The notes beneath the pieces were generated by a model that did not search any database, was not told the origin of the DNA, and saw nothing but the letters and a program-made list of their open reading frames with translations. Shown here in pieces: positions 25,312 to 34,542 of a DNA stretch of 53,846 nt. The stretch is from Escherichia phage mEp554, in the sequence record PP180005. One strand, written 5' to 3'. The position numbers were made by a program, and so were the translations under genes. How positions within the stretch are numbered: position 1 is the stretch's first letter; each line of letters starts with the position of its first letter.

Positions 25312-25769
25312 AGGCGTTAATTATCGCCGCTGTTGTTTGCATTATTGCCAGCCTTACCGCCGTAACGTGCCATTACCAGAGTGAGGCGACAAGGTTACAG
25401 GAAGAGTTAACGACCACGCAAGGCGCACTGAAAACAGCAAGTAACACTATTCAGCAGATGAAGGAGCGAAACGCCGAACTGTCAAAACTTGATAAGAGGT
25501 ATCACGATGAGATTAAAGCTATCAGATCTGACATTGCCGATCTGCGCACTGGTATTGATAACGGCACTATCAGGCTGCGCGTCAACGCAATACCCGTGCG
25601 AGTGTCCGACCCCGCAGGAACCGCCAGCGCCATTAATGGAGCCTCCTGTAGACTCACTCCCGACGCTGAATCGGCTTATCTATCCCTCAGAGAACAACTA
25701 AAAGAGAAAGACGCGAAGATAACCGCGCTTCAGGGATACATCAAAACGCAGTGCTTACGCAAAGAATAA
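25287..25769 (+). CDS. Inner-membrane spanin Rz-like
   Basis: N-terminal [15 protein letters not shown] then coiled-coil; overlaps endolysin 3' end; start uncertain (25281-25308). Confidence 0.7.
   Translation: MGGNVDKVKALIIAAVVCIIASLTAVTCHYQSEATRLQEELTTTQGALKTASNTIQQMKERNAELSKLDKRYHDEIKAIRSDIADLRTGIDNGTIRLRVNAIPVRVSDPAGTASAINGASCRLTPDAESAYLSLREQLKEKDAKITALQGYIKTQCLRKE
25507..25701 (+). CDS. Outer-membrane lipoprotein spanin Rz1-like, embedded in Rz in +1 frame
   Basis: Lipobox LSGC after signal segment; proline-rich [14 protein letters not shown]. Confidence 0.65.
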   Translation: MRLKLSDLTLPICALVLITALSGCASTQYPCECPTPQEPPAPLMEPPVDSLPTLNRLIYPSENN

Positions 25770-26048
25770 CAGTGCGTTGACGTGTCGCCGTTTCTGCCAG
25801 CCAGCCATAACCGGGCCAATCCTTCCCGCGAGCGACGGCAGAATAGTCAAAAACACGTAATGCCGGATCAACAGTCCCATTAACAGGTCAGGCGCTACCT
25901 GGGTAGAAGAAAGCGCCATCCACCAATTTTATAAAATTCTGTAAACGGTACTCACACAGCGCCGTTTTCAGTGTTTTATAGCTGTTTTCACTCCCTGCGG
26001 TGTCCAGTTTTGCGGGGGTTATATTTTTCAGGATAGAGGAATATTCTG

Positions 26049-26606
26049 ATGGCTAAGGCTAAAGGCATTAAGTTGCCTCAATTCAAAGTCCCGCTCTTTG
26101 AGCATACAACTGTTTTCTTTTGCCCGACCCGCGAGATGTTCTATGAGTTTTGCGAAAAGGCAGGGATCCCAATCGAACCTGATTTCGAACTGGCAGGAGG
26201 ATTAACGCTTACTTGCACTGGTGAGAAAGGCGGTAACTTCTACGTGATCGCAGTATTCGACAATGAGTTAGGAACGCTGGTACATGAAGCGGCCCATACT
26301 ACATTTCACGTTTTAAGTGATGTAGGCGTCGTGGCGACCACTGATCCCAGCCATCCGGCAAACGAGACTTATGCTTACATGGTAGGCCGTATCTTTGATG
26401 CTTTCTTCCCCATCCTGGCAGAATCAAATGAAGCACAGGTGGCAGCAATGCAGGCAGAAGAAATAACCGAACGTCTTAGCGCACAAGAGGCAAGGGATAT
26501 TGCTAATGAGGCAAAAGACAAGCAAAAGCCAGCTAAGAAAGGCAAACGTAAGCCTAAAGCAAAAGAGGCGCTTGTGCCGCGTGTTATGAGCTTTAAACGG
26601 GGGTGA
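26049..26606 (+). CDS. Hypothetical protein with HExxH motif (possible zinc metallopeptidase) and lysine-rich C-terminus
   Basis: LVHEAAHTTFHV; C-terminal KDKQKPAKKGKRKPKAK. Confidence 0.55.
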   Translation: MAKAKGIKLPQFKVPLFEHTTVFFCPTREMFYEFCEKAGIPIEPDFELAGGLTLTCTGEKGGNFYVIAVFDNELGTLVHEAAHTTFHVLSDVGVVATTDPSHPANETYAYMVGRIFDAFFPILAESNEAQVAAMQAEEITERLSAQEARDIANEAKDKQKPAKKGKRKPKAKEALVPRVMSFKRG

Positions 26607-26608
26607 TT

Positions 26609-26704
26609 ATGGGTATCCTTCTGGTATGTGTATTTATTGCTTTAGTTGCGATGGAGGTATTGCTCCCCATTTGGGCGGCGACCTGGATGATGCAAGATGA
26701 TTGA
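26609..26704 (+). CDS. Mini-gene 1 of array: hydrophobic peptide (31 aa)
   Basis: MGILLVCVFIALVAMEVLLPIWAATWMMQDD; GGGGGTGA SD. Confidence 0.4.
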   Translation: MGILLVCVFIALVAMEVLLPIWAATWMMQDD

Positions 26705-26771
26705 CCCGCTCATTATCCTTTCTGCCTGCGTCGCTGTATGGCTGGCGATCATGATATTCATTGAAAGCTAA
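26697..26771 (+). CDS. Mini-gene 2 of array (24 aa)
   Basis: MIDPLIILSACVAVWLAIMIFIES; start overlaps mini-gene 1 stop. Confidence 0.35.
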   Translation: MIDPLIILSACVAVWLAIMIFIES

Positions 26772-26781
26772 AGGCGTTCAC

Positions 26782-26856
26782 ATGAATATTTACGATCTAA
26801 TCTGGTGGTTGTTGGTCGCCGTCATTATCTATTTCTGGTGGAAGAATGTTGTATAG
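26782..26856 (+). CDS. Mini-gene 3 of array (24 aa)
   Basis: MNIYDLIWWLLVAVIIYFWWKNVV; AAAGG SD. Confidence 0.4.
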   Translation: MNIYDLIWWLLVAVIIYFWWKNVV

Positions 26857-26864
26857 GTGACGGC

Positions 26865-26963
26865 ATGGATATATTCGAATTACTGGCGATTATGTTCGGA
26901 ATGATGTTAAGCATTGTCGCCATAATTATCATCATCGGCCTTGTTATGGGTAGCATCAAATGA
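26865..26963 (+). CDS. Mini-gene 4 of array (32 aa)
   Basis: MDIFELLAIMFGMMLSIVAIIIIIGLVMGSIK; AGGTGA SD. Confidence 0.45.
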   Translation: MDIFELLAIMFGMMLSIVAIIIIIGLVMGSIK

Positions 26964-27040
26964 ACGCATACGAAATGCTATTGCTGGTGGCTGTTATTAC
27001 AGTTATCGCCGTAGATTTTTATCGAGGGTTGAAAAGATGA
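26960..27040 (+). CDS. Mini-gene 5 of array (26 aa)
   Basis: MNAYEMLLLVAVITVIAVDFYRGLKR; ATGA overlap. Confidence 0.4.
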   Translation: MNAYEMLLLVAVITVIAVDFYRGLKR

Positions 27041-27108
27041 GAGAAGCAGACTTCTTTTGCATGATTATAGTGATCGTCATCGTTGCCGTGCTTTTAAGCG
27101 TTAACTGA
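27037..27108 (+). CDS. Mini-gene 6 of array (23 aa)
   Basis: MREADFFCMIIVIVIVAVLLSVN; GAGGG SD; ATGA overlap. Confidence 0.4.
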   Translation: MREADFFCMIIVIVIVAVLLSVN

Positions 27109-27125
27109 ATCGCAGGAGGTTAAAA

Positions 27126-27194
27126 ATGAAATTGCTTGATTTCTTTTTCCTGATTGTTGCGATTGTTCTTACCATGACCGCGCTGACTCAATAG
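27126..27194 (+). CDS. Mini-gene 7 of array (22 aa)
   Basis: MKLLDFFFLIVAIVLTMTALTQ; AGGAGG SD 7 nt upstream. Confidence 0.45.
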   Translation: MKLLDFFFLIVAIVLTMTALTQ

Positions 27195-27202
27195 GTGAAT
27201 AT

Positions 27203-27277
27203 ATGGAAACTATCGAAGCAGTATTATTCGTGTTCATCGCTGCGGTTGTTATTGTTGGGTTTATTATCAATGTCTGA
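27203..27277 (+). CDS. Mini-gene 8 of array (24 aa)
   Basis: METIEAVLFVFIAAVVIVGFIINV; AGGTGA SD. Confidence 0.45.
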   Translation: METIEAVLFVFIAAVVIVGFIINV

Positions 27278-27338
27278 CGTCGATTTCTTAATCATAGCTA
27301 TAAGTTCGCTGTTAGTCGTTATCGTTTTCTTCGCATAA
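27270..27338 (+). CDS. Mini-gene 9 of array (22 aa)
   Basis: MSDVDFLIIAISSLLVVIVFFA; start overlaps mini-gene 8 end. Confidence 0.35.
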   Translation: MSDVDFLIIAISSLLVVIVFFA

Positions 27339-27348
27339 AGGGTAAGCA

Positions 27349-27432
27349 ATGAAAGAGCTATTCGACTGGTTGGAAGTATTAACATACTGCGCAAGTTTTG
27401 TGGCTTGCGTATATATCATCAACAAATATTAA
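27349..27432 (+). CDS. Mini-gene 10 of array (27 aa)
   Basis: MKELFDWLEVLTYCASFVACVYIINKY; AAGGG SD. Confidence 0.4.
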   Translation: MKELFDWLEVLTYCASFVACVYIINKY

Positions 27433-27442
27433 GAGGTGAAAT

Positions 27443-27928
27443 ATGGCCCGCACGAAAAAGGCAAAGGCTGAAGACAAAAAGCCAGCAGCCAAAAAGACGG
27501 GCCGTCCACATGGCTATTCAGAAGAAAAGGCATTGGAGATCTGCGAGCTTGTGTCGGACGGCGAAAGTATTAACAAGATTTCGAAGATGCCTGGTATGCC
27601 TGCACGTTCAACAATCCTCAAGTGGTTCAGAGATGTGCCGGAGTTTTCGGACATGTATATGCGCGCGAAGGAGATCGGATTCGAGGTGTTAGCTGATGAG
27701 ATCATCGACCTTGCTGACGCGCCAGAGAACATCAAAAAGGAAGAACTGAACAGACACCATTTGATGATTGAAACTCGTAAATGGCTATTAGCAAAACTGC
27801 AACCGCGTAAGTATGGCGAGCGCGTCACACAGGAGATCGTCGGCAACAAGGAAGAGGCGCCCGTCCAGGTGGAAGTCACGAAAGAAGAGATCGCCCGCAT
27901 CGTCCAGGAAGTAGAAGACGAGGTGTGA
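27443..27928 (+). CDS. Terminase small subunit
   Basis: 161 aa; basic N-terminus, HTH-like segment; AGAGGTGA SD; overlaps terL start. Confidence 0.75.
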   Translation: MARTKKAKAEDKKPAAKKTGRPHGYSEEKALEICELVSDGESINKISKMPGMPARSTILKWFRDVPEFSDMYMRAKEIGFEVLADEIIDLADAPENIKKEELNRHHLMIETRKWLLAKLQPRKYGERVTQEIVGNKEEAPVQVEVTKEEIARIVQEVEDEV

Positions 27929-29409
27929 TTATGCTGACAATCAGAGAACGAGTCATTCAGTCCAAATGTGAAAACGATGGCCTGTTTTTCAATCGCTACT
28001 TCTATAAGCAAGCGAACGGAACGAAGATGTTAATCTCAGGCCATCATTTAGCCATCCGTGATGCACTGCAACGCGTTGTCAATGGTGAGATAACCCGACT
28101 CATCATCAACATTCCCCCAGGGTACGGTAAGACAATGATCGCTACCATCAATATGATGGCACGGTCCCTCGCAATAAATCCCCGCACAAGATTCCTTCAC
28201 GTTTCCTATTCCAATAACCTTGCGTTACTCAATTCATCGACTGTAAGAAACATGATCTGCACGCCTGAATATCAGGCAATGTGGCCCATGAAGATCCGCA
28301 ATGATGCCAACAGTAAATCTATGTGGTGGACAGAATACGGTGGCGGCGTGTACGCGACCTCATCGCTGGGCCAGGTAACTGGGTTCCGTGCCGGGTATAT
28401 GGAACCAGGATTTAACGGCGCGTTAATCATCGACGACCCATTGAAACCTGCTGACGCTTATTCTGACGTGGTGAGAAAGCAGGTAAACACCAACTATAAC
28501 GACACGCTTGCGTCACGTCTGGCAGTGCAAACGACGCCTGTTATCGTCATTATGCAGCGCATCCACTACGATGATTTGTCCGGCTACCTGTTACGCGGTG
28601 GGAGTGGGGAAAAGTGGTATCACCTGAACCTGCCAGTGAAGATTGACAACAGCGTTGACTATTGGGATTTGTACCCTGAAAACGAGTTCGCCATCCCTAT
28701 TGCTCACAACCTGCCTGATGGCTGGCTGTGGCCCAGGAAGCACAATGACGAACATGAAGCAGGACTGAAAGCACACAGGCGGTCATTTGAGGCCCAGTAC
28801 ATGCAGCGCCCGCGTAAATTCGACGAAGAGGGTGCATTGTGGACTGAAGCCATGATAACCGCAGCGCACCGGATGCAGATAACGCAGGACAAGATTCGCA
28901 CAGTGGTAGCCATCGACCCGGCGACAACATCATCGGAAGAATCGGACGAAACGGGGATCGTTGCATGTTCCGCTTACGGTGGCGGCAAGAATGCTCAGTA
29001 TTCTGTTGATGGTGACTACTCAGGACGCATGTCCCCTAATGCCTGGGCGCAAGCAGCAATGAGCGCATACGACATTCATGAGGCTGACGCGATGGTTATC
29101 GAAACCAACCAGGGCGGTGAAATGGCAGAGGCCACGCTACGCAATGCAGGATTCAAAGGCCGCATTGTTAAGGTACACGCAAGCAAGGGTAAATTCGCCC
29201 GCGCCGAACCAATATCTGCACTGTATGCACAAGGAAGGGTGGCCCACACTGGTGAACTGTACACGCTGGAAAATCAAATGATGGAATACGTGCCAGCTAC
29301 CGCCAAAAAATCCCCTGACCGTATGGACGCAATGGTATGGGGCATTACCGAACTGAGCCAGCCACAGGCGATGGGCCTCATGTTACCGAAGCGCCTGCGC
29401 GGATTTTAA
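27925..29409 (+). CDS. Terminase large subunit
   Basis: 494 aa; P-loop NIPPGYGKTM; nuclease-domain acidic motifs (IIDDPLKP, VVAIDPATT); position after terS. Confidence 0.9.
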   Translation: MIMLTIRERVIQSKCENDGLFFNRYFYKQANGTKMLISGHHLAIRDALQRVVNGEITRLIINIPPGYGKTMIATINMMARSLAINPRTRFLHVSYSNNLALLNSSTVRNMICTPEYQAMWPMKIRNDANSKSMWWTEYGGGVYATSSLGQVTGFRAGYMEPGFNGALIIDDPLKPADAYSDVVRKQVNTNYNDTLASRLAVQTTPVIVIMQRIHYDDLSGYLLRGGSGEKWYHLNLPVKIDNSVDYWDLYPENEFAIPIAHNLPDGWLWPRKHNDEHEAGLKAHRRSFEAQYMQRPRKFDEEGALWTEAMITAAHRMQITQDKIRTVVAIDPATTSSEESDETGIVACSAYGGGKNAQYSVDGDYSGRMSPNAWAQAAMSAYDIHEADAMVIETNQGGEMAEATLRNAGFKGRIVKVHASKGKFARAEPISALYAQGRVAHTGELYTLENQMMEYVPATAKKSPDRMDAMVWGITELSQPQAMGLMLPKRLRGF

Positions 29410-29487
29410 AATCTGCCTCACAACTACCCACAAGTTTTTCTATTTTTCGCGTAGCAACGCGTAAACATGTATTCAGGAGTAAACATT

Positions 29488-30858
29488 ATGCCATCCAATT
29501 TAGAATTGGCGGTTAATGCTGCCTTGTCTCAACGCCAGGCGGCCTACGCCCGCTATGCCGCAGCACACCCATTCACTATGGGTATAGATGCCAAACGGGA
29601 TGCAGCGTGGAGTGAATACGGATTCAAAGAAGAAATAACCTATGACGATCTATACAAGCTGTATCGTCGCGGTGGTATCGCTCATGGTGCTGTAGAGAAG
29701 ATTGTTACTACTTGCTGGCGCACTATGCCAACGATGATCGAGGGAACCGAAGACGAGAAAGCCGAAAAGGAAACACCCTGGGAAAGAGAAATCAAGAAAC
29801 AATTCGACAACAGATTTTGGCGCACCATTGCCGAATGTGACCGCCGCCGCCTCATCGGTCGTTATGCTGGCCTGTTGATTCATGTCAGAGATAACCAGCC
29901 GTGGGATAAGCCAGTAACAAAAGGCGTAGGCATTGCCAAATTTACCCCGGTATGGGCTGGTGCTCTGACGCCGAAGGACTTCGAAGAAAACCCGGACAAT
30001 GAAAACTATGGCCTGCCGACGTGGTGGGAGTACAAGGAACGCATTAACAGTAAGACCATAGCAAGAAGGATCCACCCTGACCGCATATTCATCTTCGGTG
30101 ACTATTCTGATGATGCAATAGCCTTCCTTGAGCCGTCATATAACGCCTTTGTCTCGCTTGAGAAGGTGGAAGGGGGTAGCGGTGAATCATTCCTGAAAAA
30201 CGCTGCCCGCCAGTTAGCTATCTCGTTCGACAAGGATATTGACTTCCGGTCACTGGCAGCCACATACGGATGCGACGTCACAGAGCTTCGAGAAAAATTC
30301 AACGAGGCAGCGGATGAAATGAATAAGGGTAACGACGTGATGATGGCATTACAAGGGGCCACAGTTAGCCCGCTGGTGACTGCCGTATCTGACCCGTCAG
30401 CAACCTATGATGTCAACCTGCAAACCGCCGCCGCTGGTATTGATATTCCGACTCGCATCCTGGTTGGGAACCAGCAAGGCGAACGCGCATCAACCGAAGA
30501 TCTCCGCTACTTCAACAGCCGCTGTATGACTCGCAGGGAGGAAATCGGCGGTGAACTTGAGGAACTATTCCGCAAGATGGCAGATCTTCGCCTTATCAGC
30601 ATACCAGTTGACGTATCAGTTATATGGGACGACCTGAACGCCATGACTAAAGCCGAACTACTGGAAGCGGCATACAAAATGGCGCAAATCAATCAGGCTT
30701 GTTTGGCTACTGGTGAAGAAATATTTAGCGGTGACGAGATTCGCGAGGCTGCCGGATACGATGGCCCCGCTAGTGTAGTAGAAACGGAAGAGGGTGACGA
30801 TGATGAAGGTGAAGAAGATAATCAGGCGAATACCTCCAGCCGCGATAATGCCATCTAA
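29488..30858 (+). CDS. Portal protein
   Basis: Size and position after terL; AGGAG SD before MPSNLELAV; acidic C-terminus. Confidence 0.7.
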   Translation: MPSNLELAVNAALSQRQAAYARYAAAHPFTMGIDAKRDAAWSEYGFKEEITYDDLYKLYRRGGIAHGAVEKIVTTCWRTMPTMIEGTEDEKAEKETPWEREIKKQFDNRFWRTIAECDRRRLIGRYAGLLIHVRDNQPWDKPVTKGVGIAKFTPVWAGALTPKDFEENPDNENYGLPTWWEYKERINSKTIARRIHPDRIFIFGDYSDDAIAFLEPSYNAFVSLEKVEGGSGESFLKNAARQLAISFDKDIDFRSLAATYGCDVTELREKFNEAADEMNKGNDVMMALQGATVSPLVTAVSDPSATYDVNLQTAAAGIDIPTRILVGNQQGERASTEDLRYFNSRCMTRREEIGGELEELFRKMADLRLISIPVDVSVIWDDLNAMTKAELLEAAYKMAQINQACLATGEEIFSGDEIREAAGYDGPASVVETEEGDDDEGEEDNQANTSSRDNAI

Positions 30859-31744
30859 CACCGAAGACCCGACCATGACAGGTAAGTTACGGTCGGGAGC
30901 TATCAAGCGTTTTAAAGCCTGCCTGAAGAAAGTTGCGGATCCGTATATTGCCATACTGGACCGTATGCAATATAGCCTTGCTGTTAATAAGAAATACACT
31001 TTTCAGATCTACATCGACGAATTACATGATTTGCTGGAAGACGCCAGCGACATGATTGATGAAATATTCGAGTTAACAGACCCGGAGAACTTCTGGTTCT
31101 GGCAGGAATACGTAAAGGTGGCATATCAGCGCGGCACTTCACAGGAATATGCCAACCTCGCTAACCAGTCGGTCACATATTCCAGGGCTTACCCTGAAGT
31201 GTCGGCGGTATTAACCAGTCAGACCTATCGCACGCGCCTTGCCCTGGTCCGTACCCGTGTATTTGAAGAGATGCGCGGGCTTACCGCACAGATCAAGAAG
31301 GATATGGCCCGCCGATTAACCGAAGGCATGGCCCGTGGCTTAAACCCACTCGAAATAGCGCGCACATTGCAGCAGGAAACGCAATTGCCGCTATACAGGT
31401 GCAAACGTATTGCCCGTACTGAAATATGCACAGCGTTGCGCACAGCGCGTATGGATGAGGCAGAGGCCGCATCTGATGAGCTTAACTTGCGCACTATGCA
31501 AATGCATATTTCGGCATTGTCACCGACTACCAGGCTATCACACGCACAGCGACACGGGAAAACATACACCATAGAAGAGCAGCGCGAATGGTGGAGCAGA
31601 TCACCTAATTCAATTAACTGCAAATGTAGCACAATTACCGTGCTGGTGGATGAATCTGGTAACATATTAAACAAAAGAATCCTTGAGCGAGCGCAAGAGA
31701 ATTACAAAGTTGCGCACGCTAAATATGGCGAAGATTGGGAGTAA
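30800..31744 (+). CDS. Head morphogenesis protein (Mu F / SPP1 gp7-like)
   Basis: Central RCKRIARTEICTALRTARMDEAEA-type motif; position after portal; start uncertain (30794-30875). Confidence 0.65.
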   Translation: MMKVKKIIRRIPPAAIMPSNTEDPTMTGKLRSGAIKRFKACLKKVADPYIAILDRMQYSLAVNKKYTFQIYIDELHDLLEDASDMIDEIFELTDPENFWFWQEYVKVAYQRGTSQEYANLANQSVTYSRAYPEVSAVLTSQTYRTRLALVRTRVFEEMRGLTAQIKKDMARRLTEGMARGLNPLEIARTLQQETQLPLYRCKRIARTEICTALRTARMDEAEAASDELNLRTMQMHISALSPTTRLSHAQRHGKTYTIEEQREWWSRSPNSINCKCSTITVLVDESGNILNKRILERAQENYKVAHAKYGEDWE

Positions 31745-31749
31745 AAACC

Positions 31750-33018
31750 GTGAATAAAGAACTGATTCAGGTTAATACCAAATTAACCGCTAATACCATC
31801 CGCCGGGAAACATATAACGGGCGCGAACACATTGTTGTCCCGTCGTATACGTTGCCCTTCAATATCGTTATGAATCGTGAATATTACCCGGAAGCTGAAA
31901 TCATTGCTAATTATCAATCTCTGGAAGGTACGCTCGCACCGCTGGGCCATCCTACGGTTAACGGTGAATTCGTTTCCGCATTTAGCCCGGAAGGTCTGAA
32001 TATTGGCTTTTGTGGAGCATGGAACAGAAATGTTGAATTACGCGGCAATCGTGTTTATGTGGAAAAATGGGTGGATGTTGAAACCGCCAGCCATTCAGAA
32101 CAGGGCCGCGAATTATTAAGCCGACTTGAAGCACTGGAAAAAGGCGAAAGCAAAGATCCGATCTGGTCATCTGTTGCCGTATATCGTCAGCGTATGCCAG
32201 CTACTGAAGAGATGAAAGCGCAGGGCGCTGACAGCGTTGTCAAAATCATGTCAATTGACCATGACGCCATCTTACTGCATGAACCGCCAGCCGCATCGCC
32301 AGAACAGGGCGTTGGCCTGATGGTTAACACTGACCAGGCGAAGCCGTTAATGGCGGTGGCAATGAAAGAAAACAGCTATCGCACGCTTGAAAGACAATTG
32401 GAAGAAGCGGCGCGTAAACTGTTCCCCGATGCAGATTATGTCTATGTCGTGGACTTCACTGATAAAGAAGTGACGATTGCTACTAATGCCGAAAGTGCTC
32501 AAGTTTGCACGTATGAAAAACAGGCTGATAAAATAATTCTCAATAATGGCGAGCTTGCAACCAATGAGGAAAGTAAATCCTGGTTCGCTCAGTTCGCTGA
32601 ACACCTATCCAATCTTTTCTCACTAAGTGAAAAAATTAAGGCCAATAAATCGGAGGACGATCCCATGCCTTTGACCAAAGAAGAACGCGCCGAACTGGTG
32701 AAAGAAATTAACGAAAGCATCACCGCAAATATGGCTAATGCAATCGCTGAAGCGCTTAAACCAGTACAGGCAAGCGTTGAAGAATTACAGACCAATCAGA
32801 AAGCGATTAAAGAAGAGATCGCAGCAAACGCAAATAAAGAAGTAGCAGAAAAACGCGCCGCAGTAGCAAAAGTGCACGGCGAAATTGTTGCTAACGCATT
32901 AAACGGTGAGGCGTTAGAAGCAATGTTTAAATCCCTGGGCAAAGCCGCGCCGATGGCAACCAACGCAGCAAGCGAAGGTAAAAAAGGCGAAGTTCCAGAC
33001 TTTAACACTTATTTCTAA
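31750..33018 (+). CDS. Putative capsid scaffolding / maturation protein
   Basis: Position before capsid; C-terminal alpha-helical low-complexity (KEEIAANANKEVAEKRAAVAK); GTG start with GGGAG SD. Confidence 0.5.
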   Translation: MNKELIQVNTKLTANTIRRETYNGREHIVVPSYTLPFNIVMNREYYPEAEIIANYQSLEGTLAPLGHPTVNGEFVSAFSPEGLNIGFCGAWNRNVELRGNRVYVEKWVDVETASHSEQGRELLSRLEALEKGESKDPIWSSVAVYRQRMPATEEMKAQGADSVVKIMSIDHDAILLHEPPAASPEQGVGLMVNTDQAKPLMAVAMKENSYRTLERQLEEAARKLFPDADYVYVVDFTDKEVTIATNAESAQVCTYEKQADKIILNNGELATNEESKSWFAQFAEHLSNLFSLSEKIKANKSEDDPMPLTKEERAELVKEINESITANMANAIAEALKPVQASVEELQTNQKAIKEEIAANANKEVAEKRAAVAKVHGEIVANALNGEALEAMFKSLGKAAPMATNAASEGKKGEVPDFNTYF

Positions 33019-33034
33019 TTAAAAGGGGATCACA

Positions 33035-33406
33035 ATGTTTCGTTTTCGTCGTGTAAATATTGATGGTAAATCCATCACTGAAACCCGCCTCGCTGGTGCT
33101 GAATTAAAACCTGGTGAACTGGTTAAACTGGAAGGCGGTAAATTTGTTAAAGCGACCACAGCAGAAGGCCGCTTGTATATCGTTAACCCTGCTTTCCATG
33201 AAGGCAAAACCATCGCCGATGCCATCGCAACGAATGAAACCGTTGTTGCTGACTACTTTGAAACAGGCCGCGAATTCGCAATGCGTGTTGCACTTGGCAC
33301 TTACACCAAAGATCAGGCCATCCAGGTAAACGAAGTTACTGTCGCGTACTGCCAGGAAGACGTGAAACTGGAAGCTGAAGACTTCATCCGCGTTCGCGTA
33401 GCTTAA
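33035..33406 (+). CDS. Putative head structural or decoration protein
   Basis: 123 aa between scaffold and capsid genes. Confidence 0.4.
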   Translation: MFRFRRVNIDGKSITETRLAGAELKPGELVKLEGGKFVKATTAEGRLYIVNPAFHEGKTIADAIATNETVVADYFETGREFAMRVALGTYTKDQAIQVNEVTVAYCQEDVKLEAEDFIRVRVA

Positions 33407-33423
33407 TTTAAAAGGGGAAAAAC

Positions 33424-34476
33424 ATGTACTTTACTAAAGAAAACCTCGCTACCAACGCCCGTATGCAGGGCCATTGGAACGAACTGTGGGCGCAACGTAA
33501 TATCTTCAACGCTCAACATGACGCCATGATTGCTGCAAATAAGGCAAACATGACCGCTGAAATGTTGGCCTGCAACGCTGTTGGTGGCTTCGCTCAAGAG
33601 TTCTGGAAAGAAATTGATAACCAGATCATCGAACTGAACACCGAGGAAATCGGTATCGAAATCGTCAACGACCTGATGGGTGTGCAAACCGTACTGCCTA
33701 TCGGTAAAACGCTGAAAATGTACAGCGTATCCGGTGACATCAACGATGAGGTCGTAATGTCTATGGATGGCCAGGCACCGCACGGCTTTGATCACACCGA
33801 ATACGGCAGCGATGGCGACCCGATCCCGATGTTCACCGCTGGCTACGGTGTCAACTGGCGTTTAGCTCATGGCTTAAACACTGTAGGTATTGACCTAGCC
33901 CTGGACAGCCAGCGCCTGAAACTGAAAAAATTCAACAAACGCCGCGTTAAATTCTACCTTGAAGGTAACGAAAACATCGTTGTTGATGGTCATAAAGCTA
34001 TGGGTATTAAAAAACACAAAAACACCCAGCAACTGACTCTGACCGCTGACCTGACAACTGCAAAATTTGACGCACTGATCGACTTCTTCACCATTGGTGA
34101 ATTTGGTGTTCTGGCCCGCAATAACTTCGTTGCTAAATATGATGTGATGTGGGTATCACCTGAAATCATGGCTAACCTGGCCCGCCCGCACATCGTTAAC
34201 GGTGCTGTCGTTGGCAGTGTACTTAATACGGTTATGCCGTTCGCCCCTGTTGGTGAAATCCGTCAGACCTTTGCACTGAAAGGCAACGAAATCATTGCTT
34301 ATCAGCGCCGCCGTGATGTCATCACCCCGCTGATCGGTATGACTACTGGCGTAGTGCCTGTTCCGCGCACCATGCCTACCGATAACTACAATTTCAAAAT
34401 CATGTCTGCCGAAGGTTTACAAATCACCTGCGACATGCTGGGGCGTTCCGGTGTCGTTTACGGTAAAAAATCTTAA
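33424..34476 (+). CDS. Major capsid protein
   Basis: 350 aa; position; followed by strong terminator. Confidence 0.7.
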   Translation: MYFTKENLATNARMQGHWNELWAQRNIFNAQHDAMIAANKANMTAEMLACNAVGGFAQEFWKEIDNQIIELNTEEIGIEIVNDLMGVQTVLPIGKTLKMYSVSGDINDEVVMSMDGQAPHGFDHTEYGSDGDPIPMFTAGYGVNWRLAHGLNTVGIDLALDSQRLKLKKFNKRRVKFYLEGNENIVVDGHKAMGIKKHKNTQQLTLTADLTTAKFDALIDFFTIGEFGVLARNNFVAKYDVMWVSPEIMANLARPHIVNGAVVGSVLNTVMPFAPVGEIRQTFALKGNEIIAYQRRRDVITPLIGMTTGVVPVPRTMPTDNYNFKIMSAEGLQITCDMLGRSGVVYGKKS

Positions 34477-34496
34477 TTATAACGTTTCCTGTAACT

Positions 34497-34524
34497 CCCC
34501 GGCATCACGCCGGGGATTTTTTTT
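34497..34524 (+). terminator. Rho-independent terminator after capsid gene
   Basis: CCCCGGC-ATCAC-GCCGGGG hairpin plus T8. Confidence 0.7.
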
Positions 34525-34542
34525 GTATGTGGAGAAAACAAA

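Noticed and set aside
25760-25915. Minus-strand 52-aa ORF in the gap after Rz
   Set aside because: No acceptable SD spacing at its only ATG and it runs antisense into the Rz 3' end.
27405-27692. 95-aa ORF overlapping the terminase small subunit gene in another frame
   Set aside because: Arginine-rich out-of-frame product overlapping a well-supported gene; no SD; likely spurious.
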